A DNA stretch of 32,000 nucleotides, taken from assembly GCA_049606355.1 (NCBI GenBank), contig JBMYVL010000003.1, positions 90,001-122,000 on the forward strand. Reading direction: 5' to 3'. Source of the DNA: Opitutales bacterium. Lineage in GTDB: Bacteria; Verrucomicrobiota; Verrucomicrobiia; Opitutales; Coraliomargaritaceae. A program made the translations under genes and the position numbers. This document shows positions 10,858-17,914 of this stretch, in pieces. Within the stretch, counting starts at the first letter, position 1. Each line of letters opens with the position of its first letter. Below the pieces are notes generated by a model. It made no database searches, was not told where the DNA came from, and saw only the letters and a list, made by a program, of their open reading frames with translations.

Positions 10858-11904
10858 ATGGCTAAAAAGAAATCCACTGTAAAAAAAGCTGTGAAAAAGG
10901 TCGCGAAGAAGGCTCCAACCAAAAAGGCCACGAAGAAAGTCGCCGTGAAAAAAACCGCTTCCAAAAAGACCGCGGTGAAAAAAGCCACCAAGAAGACGAC
11001 ACCTGCCAAGAAAACCGCGGCGAAAAAGACCGTAGCCAAGAAGACCGCGGCAAAAAAAACCGTAACCAAGAAGACTGCGGCGAAAAAAAACGTAACCAAG
11101 AAGACTGCAGTTAAGAAGAAAGTCGCCGCAGTCAAAAAACCTTCCGGCCAAGCAAAATTGAATAAAGCCTCCGTGGCACGCAGTGGAAGCACCGACTCGA
11201 GCGACAAAAAGGGTGCGGTCGTTGCATTCTCGATCGACGATGTCGAAGCGCTGGTTGCCTCGCGCAAGGACGAAGAGAAGCCCAAGGTAAAAGCCCCAGC
11301 TAAAAAAGTTGCGGCACCCAAAAAGAAGAGCAACGCAGTCGTTAAGGAGAAGCCGCAGAAAAAACGGGTTCTCGGCGCAGCATCCTTGGCCGATATTTTA
11401 GGCTTCAACCCAAGTGAGAAGAAAAGCGACACCACGCTCGAGACCGCGTCGATCCCCAAGAAATGGCAGAAATTCTACAAGCTTCTGATTAATTTACGGC
11501 AGCACGTACAAGAGGAACTTGAGCTTCACACCGCCGATACGCTCAAGCATTCGAGCCGTGAAGATTCGGGTGACCTCGCCAATTACGGAAACCATCAAGC
11601 CGATGCCGGGACCGATACCTTCGACCGCGACTTTGCGCTCAGCTTAGTCTCCAGCGAGCAAGATGCGCTCAATGAAATCGAAGAGGCCATCCTACGCATC
11701 AAAGACGGAAGCTACGGAGTGTGTGAAGTTACCGGCAAGGCGATCACCAAAGAACGCCTCACTGCTGTCCCCTTTGCGCGCTATTCAATCGAGGGGCAGA
11801 AAGAGTACGAAAAGAATCTGCGCCGCAAGAGCGAGCGTACCGTGGCTGGGATCTTCACGGACACCAGCGATGCGCCGAAGATCACGTCGGACGACGATGA
11901 ATAA
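10858..11904 (+). CDS. Fusion protein: histone-H1-like Lys/Ala/Thr-repeat N-terminal domain plus a DksA/TraR-family C-terminal domain with a degenerate zinc finger
   Basis: The ATG at 10858 gives 'MAKKKSTVKKAVKKVAKK...KKTAAKKTVAKKTAAKKTVTKK'. The ORF-track start at 10726 overlaps the ileS 3' end. The C-terminus is 'DTFDRDFALSL...EIEEAILRIKDGSYGVCEVTGKAITKERLTAVPFARYSIEGQ'. This follows the DksA layout, with a DxxDx tip followed by the finger region. Confidence 0.75.
   Translation: MAKKKSTVKKAVKKVAKKAPTKKATKKVAVKKTASKKTAVKKATKKTTPAKKTAAKKTVAKKTAAKKTVTKKTAAKKNVTKKTAVKKKVAAVKKPSGQAKLNKASVARSGSTDSSDKKGAVVAFSIDDVEALVASRKDEEKPKVKAPAKKVAAPKKKSNAVVKEKPQKKRVLGAASLADILGFNPSEKKSDTTLETASIPKKWQKFYKLLINLRQHVQEELELHTADTLKHSSREDSGDLANYGNHQADAGTDTFDRDFALSLVSSEQDALNEIEEAILRIKDGSYGVCEVTGKAITKERLTAVPFARYSIEGQKEYEKNLRRKSERTVAGIFTDTSDAPKITSDDDE
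11008..11127 (+). repeat. In-frame 30-bp tandem repeat (about 4 units) encoding KKTAAKKTV(A/T); it contains two A8 homopolymers
   Basis: Units start at 11008, 11038, 11068 and 11098. The first three are near-identical (AAGAARACYGCGGCRAAAAARAMCGTARCC) and the fourth has diverged. A8 runs lie at 11052-11059 and 11083-11090. Confidence 0.85.
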
Positions 11905-12010
11905 GCCGCTGGGCGACGATCACGTTATTCGAACTGCTGCGAGTTTCATCGGACAGCCACTGTCTGTGGTCTGTGCTTGTGATGATTTGCCGATTTAGAA
12001 TTCTATCTTG

Positions 12011-12547
12011 ATGCAACTAATCGATACGATCCGTCCGTACAAAGCGCTGTACAGCATCGCGATTGTAATCTTCGTACTCGATCAAGTTAGCAAGCTGTGG
12101 ATTTCCAACCACCTCCCGTTCGGCAGTTATTGGCCACCGCAGTCGATTGAGGTGATCCAAGGCTTTTTTTATATCGTACACATCGGCAATGAGGGTGCCG
12201 CATGGGGTCTGTTTTCAGGTCACGGCACATGGCTGGCACTCTTCGCAATCGCGGCACTCTGCGCAATTTACTGCTTACGCGACAGTCTCGAGCTCAAGCG
12301 ACCGATGATGCAAATTGCTTTTGGGCTCCTTATTGGCGGTGTCGTCGGCAATCTGGTCGATCGCCTAGTACACGGCCACGTCATCGACTTCCTCGACTTC
12401 CACCTGCCCTTTAGCCTCCCTTACCTACTCGAAGGGGGACGTTACCCCGCATTTAACATCGCTGACTGTGGCATCGTCATCGGCGTATTTATTTATGTCG
12501 TACTCAGCTTCTTGACGAAGCCAAACGACACAGCAAAAGCCTCTTAA
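12011..12547 (+). CDS. lspA: Lipoprotein signal peptidase (signal peptidase II)
   Basis: A four-TM protein with 'GNLVDR', 'VIDFLDF' and 'AFNIADCGIVIG'. The ATG at 12011 lies immediately after the TTG used by the ORF track. Confidence 0.92.
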   Translation: MQLIDTIRPYKALYSIAIVIFVLDQVSKLWISNHLPFGSYWPPQSIEVIQGFFYIVHIGNEGAAWGLFSGHGTWLALFAIAALCAIYCLRDSLELKRPMMQIAFGLLIGGVVGNLVDRLVHGHVIDFLDFHLPFSLPYLLEGGRYPAFNIADCGIVIGVFIYVVLSFLTKPNDTAKAS

Positions 12548-12577
12548 TTCGGCTGAGCGCCACACAAGGGTCGCAAG

Positions 12578-13489
12578 CTAACACTGTGCGCCGCAACGCT
12601 CCCCCATCTTAGCGTAGACCTCAATTCCTTGAGCGGCATAGTCGAGTAAATCAGGGTCAAACTGGACTGTGTTGGGCTTAAACAAAGTCACTACACAGGA
12701 ACCGCCAAAGGAGAAAAAGCCTTTTTCTGCTCCTTTATTTATCACCCCCGGTGTGTAAGTCTGATGAATCCCACCGACACAAGTGGCGCCAATTTCAAAA
12801 ATCAGCACCTCACCAAACTGGGGAGAGCGTACTAGGGTTCGCTCGCGACGATTCTCCCATAAAATCGATAACTGCCGCCGCAACGCCAACGGGCTAACCG
12901 ATCGCAAACGACCCGGTAGCAAGTGAGCCTCACTGGCATGACCGCTGACTGGAAAATGGTAGCGATGGTAGTCGACCGGACAAAGCCTTGAGATTAGCAT
13001 CGAACCACCTTCATAGCCGGCAGCTAATGCCCGGTCACCCACAAAGCTCGCCAGATCAAAGCGCTGCCCCTTGATATAAAAGCCTTCAGCCTGTGAGACA
13101 TTTGCTAGCGCCAGATGACGCCCATCTGCGGGGAAGGTCATTAGCGAATCGTCTGGTGCAATCGGACGTGCACTCGGTTTGAGCTTACGATAGAAAAACT
13201 CATTGAAGCTTGCATAGCTATCGACCCGATCCGCGAACTCATCGACGTTGACGCCGTAGTCCCGCAGGAAAGGCCGTATTTTCAATCGGCTGGCCGGTCG
13301 ATCCATGCGCCAGCCATACCAGCGTGAAAACCACAGTCGTTGAACTGCCAAAGCAACCGTTAGCCGACCCAATGGGTTGCCGTAAGCCCAGCGCAAAAAT
13401 CCTTCGCCATAAACAGACTCGGTTTCAATCGCTGCAGCAGCACGGTGATAAAAGTGAATCGGGCAATCAAACTGTTCCGACGTGGGCAT
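12578..13489 (-). CDS. psd: Phosphatidylserine decarboxylase family proenzyme
   Basis: About 300 aa. '[11 protein letters not shown]' and a C-terminal self-cleavage-type motif '[12 protein letters not shown]' correspond to the LGST/GS site of Psd. Confidence 0.8.
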   Translation of the reverse strand: MPTSEQFDCPIHFYHRAAAAIETESVYGEGFLRWAYGNPLGRLTVALAVQRLWFSRWYGWRMDRPASRLKIRPFLRDYGVNVDEFADRVDSYASFNEFFYRKLKPSARPIAPDDSLMTFPADGRHLALANVSQAEGFYIKGQRFDLASFVGDRALAAGYEGGSMLISRLCPVDYHRYHFPVSGHASEAHLLPGRLRSVSPLALRRQLSILWENRRERTLVRSPQFGEVLIFEIGATCVGGIHQTYTPGVINKGAEKGFFSFGGSCVVTLFKPNTVQFDPDLLDYAAQGIEVYAKMGERCGAQC

Positions 13490-13517
13490 AGGATTAAGGT
13501 GTGGAGTGAATTACAGA

Positions 13518-13913
13518 TTAAGCAAAATCATTTCTCCGCAGAGCGGAGGAAAGCCCCAGCCAGACAGCCAACAACCCACAACCAACACTCGCAGCCGCAT
13601 AGAGCCCTGCTGCTTGGCCGCCGCCGTCTCGAATCATTTGCAAAACTTGCCAGCTAAAGGCTGAAAATGTGGTATAGCCACCGCAGACACCCGTTATCCA
13701 AAAATGCCACTTATAAGGGTGCGGCCTTACCGTCCCGCCACTCGACCAACGGCCCGCCAGCCAGCCAACTAAAAACGAACCGCTGAGGTTAATCCACAGT
13801 GTCGCCACCGGGAACTCAACAGCGATCCAGTGTAGCGCCCATTGATCCAATAGATAGCGGGCGCTACCGCCACAGGCACTGCCCAAGCCAATCCAGATCA
13901 GTTGCGCAATCAT
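13518..13913 (-). CDS. crcB: Fluoride channel CrcB/FluC (downstream copy)
   Basis: A 131-aa four-TM protein with 'LGSACGGSARY', 'INLSGSFLVG' and 'GGYTTFSAFS'. The start overlaps the upstream crcB stop (ATGA at 13910-13913). Confidence 0.9.
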   Translation of the reverse strand: MIAQLIWIGLGSACGGSARYLLDQWALHWIAVEFPVATLWINLSGSFLVGWLAGRWSSGGTVRPHPYKWHFWITGVCGGYTTFSAFSWQVLQMIRDGGGQAAGLYAAASVGCGLLAVWLGLSSALRRNDFA

Positions 13914-14347
13914 AGCACCCCCTCACCAAGCATCGTGCCACCTGCGATGCAGAGCAGACAGAGCAAGGTCGAACCGATGCTGTTCCAAGCCGCATGCTTC
14001 CATTTCTGCTCAGAAACGAGCGATAAATTTTGCAAACTGAAAGTCGAAAAGGTCGTCAGGCCCCCACAAAATCCAACTGCAGCAAATGCAGAATCATCCG
14101 CGGCAAAGCTGCCACTCAAATGGGACCCCAGCAACAGCCCAAGTAGGAAACTCCCCAGTGCATTCACCGCTAAAGTACCCCATGGAAATCCGTCGCCGAA
14201 TCGCTGACTGACGGCCGTCATGAGCAAGTAGCGGCAGATACCCCCGATAGCACAACCAAGTGCGACATAGAAAATTAACACGGGGGCAACCACTGAGGGA
14301 AAAACCAGCTCATGTAAAGCGAGCAAATCCACACAGCGCTCGATCAA
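13910..14347 (-). CDS. crcB: Fluoride channel CrcB/FluC (upstream copy); the start codon is uncertain
   Basis: 'LGCAIGGICRY', 'VNALGSFLLG' and 'GGLTTFSTFS'. The ORF-track start is a TTG at 14347. In-frame GTG codons further in would give a more typical CrcB length. Confidence 0.85.
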   Translation of the reverse strand: MIERCVDLLALHELVFPSVVAPVLIFYVALGCAIGGICRYLLMTAVSQRFGDGFPWGTLAVNALGSFLLGLLLGSHLSGSFAADDSAFAAVGFCGGLTTFSTFSLQNLSLVSEQKWKHAAWNSIGSTLLCLLCIAGGTMLGEGVL

Positions 14348-14425
14348 ACAGCCAAAATTAGGCCTTGATCTTTATATCACAGGCGCCTTTATTCCTCCGC
14401 TTTCACTTTTAACTAGGAGTCCAGA

Positions 14426-14584
14426 ATGACACAACACAACAGCTTTAAGGCCGCCGGCGGCGGAGGTAAAAAGAATCGCACCGTTCTCAAGCGCTTCGAG
14501 CGCGTCGACCTGCTCAAAAAGCGCGGTCAATGGAAAGAAGGTGATCGTGTAGTTGGCCTCAAAAAAACTGAGCCTGAAGCCTAA
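14426..14584 (+). CDS. 52-aa small basic protein (absent from the ORF track)
   Basis: ATG at 14426, with AGGAG at 14415-14419 (6-nt spacer). Translation: MTQHNSFKAAGGGGKKNRTVLKRFERVDLLKKRGQWKEGDRVVGLKKTEPEA. Stop TAA at 14582-14584, followed by a hairpin plus T6 terminator. It resembles the 'small basic protein' family I recall from PVC-group genomes (TIGR04137, from memory). Confidence 0.7.
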   Translation: MTQHNSFKAAGGGGKKNRTVLKRFERVDLLKKRGQWKEGDRVVGLKKTEPEA

Positions 14585-14604
14585 ACAAAGCCTCCAGAAT
14601 TTAT

Positions 14605-14636
14605 AAAGCCTCTTCCTCAACCGGAGAGGCTTTTTT
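14605..14636 (+). terminator. Rho-independent terminator after the small basic protein gene
   Basis: AAAGCCTCT (14605-14613) pairs with AGAGGCTTT (14625-14633). The T run 14631-14636 (TTTTTT) begins inside the 3' arm. Confidence 0.7.
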
Positions 14637-14717
14637 GTAGCCGTAGCCTGAGCATGGGATTCAGGTTGCGCGGATGCTCGCAACGCTAAACTATGCCGAT
14701 CACGCAGACCCAATAAA

Positions 14718-17498
14718 ATGAAGACCTTGTACCTACTTGATGGCATGGCGCTCGCCTATCGTGCGCATTTTGCATTGATCCGCAGCCCGATATATACCTC
14801 CAAGGGTTTCAATACATCGGCGATTTTTGGCTTCACCGCTACGCTGATTGAGTTGATCACTAAACACAAACCCAGCCACTTAGCGGTTGTTTTCGACACC
14901 TCGGCGCCCACGGAGCGCCACGTGCTGCATCCCGAATACAAAGCCAACCGCGAAGCGATGCCGGAAGATTTACGTGCTGCGATGCCACATCTCGATCGCA
15001 TCACTACTGCTTTCGGTATTCCGGTGCTCAAGCTGGATGGCTACGAGGCCGATGATATTATTGGTACGCTGGCTCACCGAGCCGAAACAGAAGGTTTCGA
15101 TGAAATCTTTATGGTCACTCCTGATAAAGACTTTGGCCAGCTGGTGACCGAGAAAATTAAGATGTACCGCCCAGGCCGTAAAGGTGACGGTGGTGAAATC
15201 CTCGGCGTTGACGAGGTCAAATCCAAATGGGGCATTGCCCGAGTGGATCAAGTGATCGACATGCTGGGTCTTTGCGGCGACACCGCTGATAATATTCCCG
15301 GCATTCCCGGCATCGGCCCTAAAACTGCGGAAAAACTCCTCGCCCAATACGACACGGTCGAAGGCCTACTCGCTAATGTCGATGCACTCAAAGGGAAGCA
15401 ACAGGAGAAAGTACGTGAGCATGCTGACCTCGCGCGCCTTTCCAAAAAGCTGGCAACTATCCAGCTCGATGTCCCGATCGAGGTAAACTGGGCGGATGTT
15501 GCAGTACATGAGCCATCAGCTGATACGCTCGTTCCACTCCTAACTGAATTTGAATTTCGCACCCTCGGCAAACGCATCTTCGGCAACGATTTCTCCGTAA
15601 CGGAAGCGGCCAACGACCTCATTCTTCGGAGTGAAGACGACGAAAGTGAGGAGCGGAGCAGCGCCGACGGTCAGCTTGACCTCATTCCCGAGTTACAGTT
15701 TAAAAAATTTGGAGACCTTGCGGTCGACTATCGCATTGCCGCAGATACGGAATCGCTGGCCGAATTGGTGGCTCACTTGGAAGCGGCAGGTCGCTTCGCT
15801 TTCGACACCGAGACCACTGCCCTCAATCCACGCGTAGCGAAACTGGTCGGCCTTTCTTTTTCTACGCAAGCACACAGCGGCTGGTGGGTGCCAGCGACGG
15901 AGGCCGCACTAGACGCACTCCGCCCCGCCCTTGGCAATGCGTCGCTCTGTAAGATCGGCCACAATCTGAAATTCGACTTAGCCGTCCTCGCCGCAAACGG
16001 CTGCACGGTCGCCGGCCCTTGCTACGACACCATGCTGGCACATGCACTGATCGACCCAGAGCAACGCCACAACCTCGACACACTGGCTGAAGACTTCCTG
16101 CACTACTCAACGATCCGCTTCAACGAACTTGTGCCCCAAGCTAAGAAAGGTGAATCGATCGATTTCACTGGAGTCGATCCACAAGCGTTGGCCAACTACG
16201 CAATCGAGGATGCCGACATCACCTTGCAACTCTGGGATAAGTTCGCGCCCTTGCTAGAAACCAGCGGGCAAGCCAAGGTATTTTACGAAATCGAGACTCC
16301 TTTACTGCCGGTGCTGGTTGCCATGGAAGGCGAAGGGATACAAATGTGCGAAGCGACACTCAAGACCATCGGTCAATCGCTTGAAACTCATATAGTTGAT
16401 TTACAGGAAGCGATCTATGCAGCAGCGGGTCGAGAATTCAACCTCAACTCCCCAAAGCAACTCGGCAGCGTCCTCTTTGATGAGCTCAAGCTTGTCGAAA
16501 AGCCGAAAAAAACAAAGACCGGTCAATACGCCACAAATGAACAAGTCTTATCGGCGCTGGCGCCACAACACACGATTGTTGCCAATCTGCTCGAATACCG
16601 GCAACTGGCGAAGCTAAAAAGCACCTACATCGATGCCTTACCACAAGCAGTCGATCCGGTTAGCGGCCGCGTGCACACTCACTTCGGTCAGGTGCAAACC
16701 GCAACTGGACGATTGAGTTCCAACGATCCGAATTTACAAAACATACCGGTGCGCAGTGAGCGCGGTCGTGAAATTCGTAAAGCCTTTGTCGCCCGCACCG
16801 GCTGGAAGTTGCTTGCCGCCGACTACTCACAAATCGAACTGAGGATCCTAGCCGCGCTCACAAAAGATAAAGGCCTGTTGACTGCTTTTCGAGAAGGACG
16901 CGACATCCACACTGCAACTGCTGCGAAGATCTTCGCCGTTGCGACACAGGACGTAACGCGCGAGCAGCGGAGCACCGCGAAGATGGTTAATTTCGGCATT
17001 CCTTACGGCATCTCTGCCTTCGGGCTGGCCCAGCGCCTCGGCACCGTTAGCCGTACCGAAGCACAGACGATCATCGACAACTACTTTGCCCAATTCCCGG
17101 GGATCCCCGGCTATATGAAAGCGCAACAAAGCAAAGCCAGCGAATCCGGCTATGTCGAAACTGTCTGCGGGCGCCGCCGACACTTGCGTGACATCAATTC
17201 AAACAATGGAACGATTCGAGCGGCTGCGGAGCGCAATGCGATCAATATGCCGATCCAGGGTACAGCTGCCGACATGATCAAAATAGCGATGGTACGTATC
17301 CATAATTCAATTACAGAAAAAAGGCTCAACAGTCGCATGCTGCTGCAGGTACACGATGAACTCATCTTCGACATGGACCCAAGTGAAGAAGCCACGCTGC
17401 GGACGCTCGTCACCGATGGCATGCAGCACGCACTCTCCCTCGAATGCCCGATCGAAATCGACATCGGTACCGGCGATAATTGGCTCGAAGCCCACTAA
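14718..17498 (+). CDS. polA: DNA polymerase I (5'-3' exonuclease, 3'-5' exonuclease and polymerase domains)
   Basis: 926 aa. 5' nuclease 'LYLLDGMALAYRAHFA', 'GDTADNIPGIPGIGPKTA'. Exo 'FAFDTETTAL'. Pol motif A 'LLAADYSQIELRILA', motif B 'RSTAKMVNFGIPYG', motif C 'LQVHDELIF'. Confidence 0.97.
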   Translation: MKTLYLLDGMALAYRAHFALIRSPIYTSKGFNTSAIFGFTATLIELITKHKPSHLAVVFDTSAPTERHVLHPEYKANREAMPEDLRAAMPHLDRITTAFGIPVLKLDGYEADDIIGTLAHRAETEGFDEIFMVTPDKDFGQLVTEKIKMYRPGRKGDGGEILGVDEVKSKWGIARVDQVIDMLGLCGDTADNIPGIPGIGPKTAEKLLAQYDTVEGLLANVDALKGKQQEKVREHADLARLSKKLATIQLDVPIEVNWADVAVHEPSADTLVPLLTEFEFRTLGKRIFGNDFSVTEAANDLILRSEDDESEERSSADGQLDLIPELQFKKFGDLAVDYRIAADTESLAELVAHLEAAGRFAFDTETTALNPRVAKLVGLSFSTQAHSGWWVPATEAALDALRPALGNASLCKIGHNLKFDLAVLAANGCTVAGPCYDTMLAHALIDPEQRHNLDTLAEDFLHYSTIRFNELVPQAKKGESIDFTGVDPQALANYAIEDADITLQLWDKFAPLLETSGQAKVFYEIETPLLPVLVAMEGEGIQMCEATLKTIGQSLETHIVDLQEAIYAAAGREFNLNSPKQLGSVLFDELKLVEKPKKTKTGQYATNEQVLSALAPQHTIVANLLEYRQLAKLKSTYIDALPQAVDPVSGRVHTHFGQVQTATGRLSSNDPNLQNIPVRSERGREIRKAFVARTGWKLLAADYSQIELRILAALTKDKGLLTAFREGRDIHTATAAKIFAVATQDVTREQRSTAKMVNFGIPYGISAFGLAQRLGTVSRTEAQTIIDNYFAQFPGIPGYMKAQQSKASESGYVETVCGRRRHLRDINSNNGTIRAAAERNAINMPIQGTAADMIKIAMVRIHNSITEKRLNSRMLLQVHDELIFDMDPSEEATLRTLVTDGMQHALSLECPIEIDIGTGDNWLEAH

Positions 17499-17595
17499 CC
17501 CGAACTTCCATCCTTATGGACCTCAATGTGCCAACAATACGAATCAATCGAACGTGCCTCAACAGCACCATCATCCAACCGCTATCATAAGGACA

Positions 17596-17910
17596 ATGAA
17601 GGAAACTGAAAAACGTACCTATGCATGGATTGGCGATGCCGTACTCGCACTCTTTGCCCGCGAATGGATCCTCCAGCAAGAATCCATCCCTGCAGCGCAA
17701 CGCACCGATACTTTTATTCAAATGACTTCGAATCAATTTCTATCTGCACTTGGGGAACCGACCGCAATGGAAGCCGAAATTGGCATGCGTTACCAAAACG
17801 AGGGCCTGCGGAGCGCCTACGAATTGATCGAAACGAAGTTTATTCCAGTGTTTAAAAAGCAGCACAATAACCGCGCTAAACAGAGTGGCAGCTATCGCAG
17901 CAAGAAATGA
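17596..17910 (+). CDS. Small RNase III-domain protein (Mini-III-like, 104 aa)
   Basis: The ATG at 17596 gives 'MKETEKRTYAWIGDAVLALFAREWIL...GEPTAMEAEIGMRY'. The 'AWIGDA' and 'AMEAEIG' blocks resemble the two RNase III catalytic motifs, as in Mini-III 'ALAYIGDA' and 'FEALLG'. The upstream part of the track ORF (from 17356) overlaps polA and is Pro/Ser/Thr/Asn-rich low-complexity sequence. Confidence 0.5.
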   Translation: MKETEKRTYAWIGDAVLALFAREWILQQESIPAAQRTDTFIQMTSNQFLSALGEPTAMEAEIGMRYQNEGLRSAYELIETKFIPVFKKQHNNRAKQSGSYRSKK

Positions 17911-17914
17911 GGCC

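Noticed and set aside
14348-14470. Expected fluoride (crcB-motif) riboswitch upstream of the crcB pair
   Set aside because: The minus-strand leader lacks the conserved GGnGAUGG...AAC...GCUnAUGA..CCUAC blocks and the P1 plus pseudoknot arrangement. The space before the divergent small ORF is only ~78 nt. This needs a cmsearch to be definitive.
14372-14746. 124-aa minus-strand ORF in the track
   Set aside because: It is antisense to the SD- and terminator-equipped 52-aa small basic protein gene and runs into the polA start. It has no recognisable motifs and looks like a shadow ORF.
17516-17590. 24-codon ORF (MDLNVPTIRINRTCLNSTIIQPLS) ending 5 nt before the RNase-III-like start
   Set aside because: There is no SD and no recognisable peptide features. 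Length and composition are consistent with a chance ORF. It would need Ribo-seq to take seriously.
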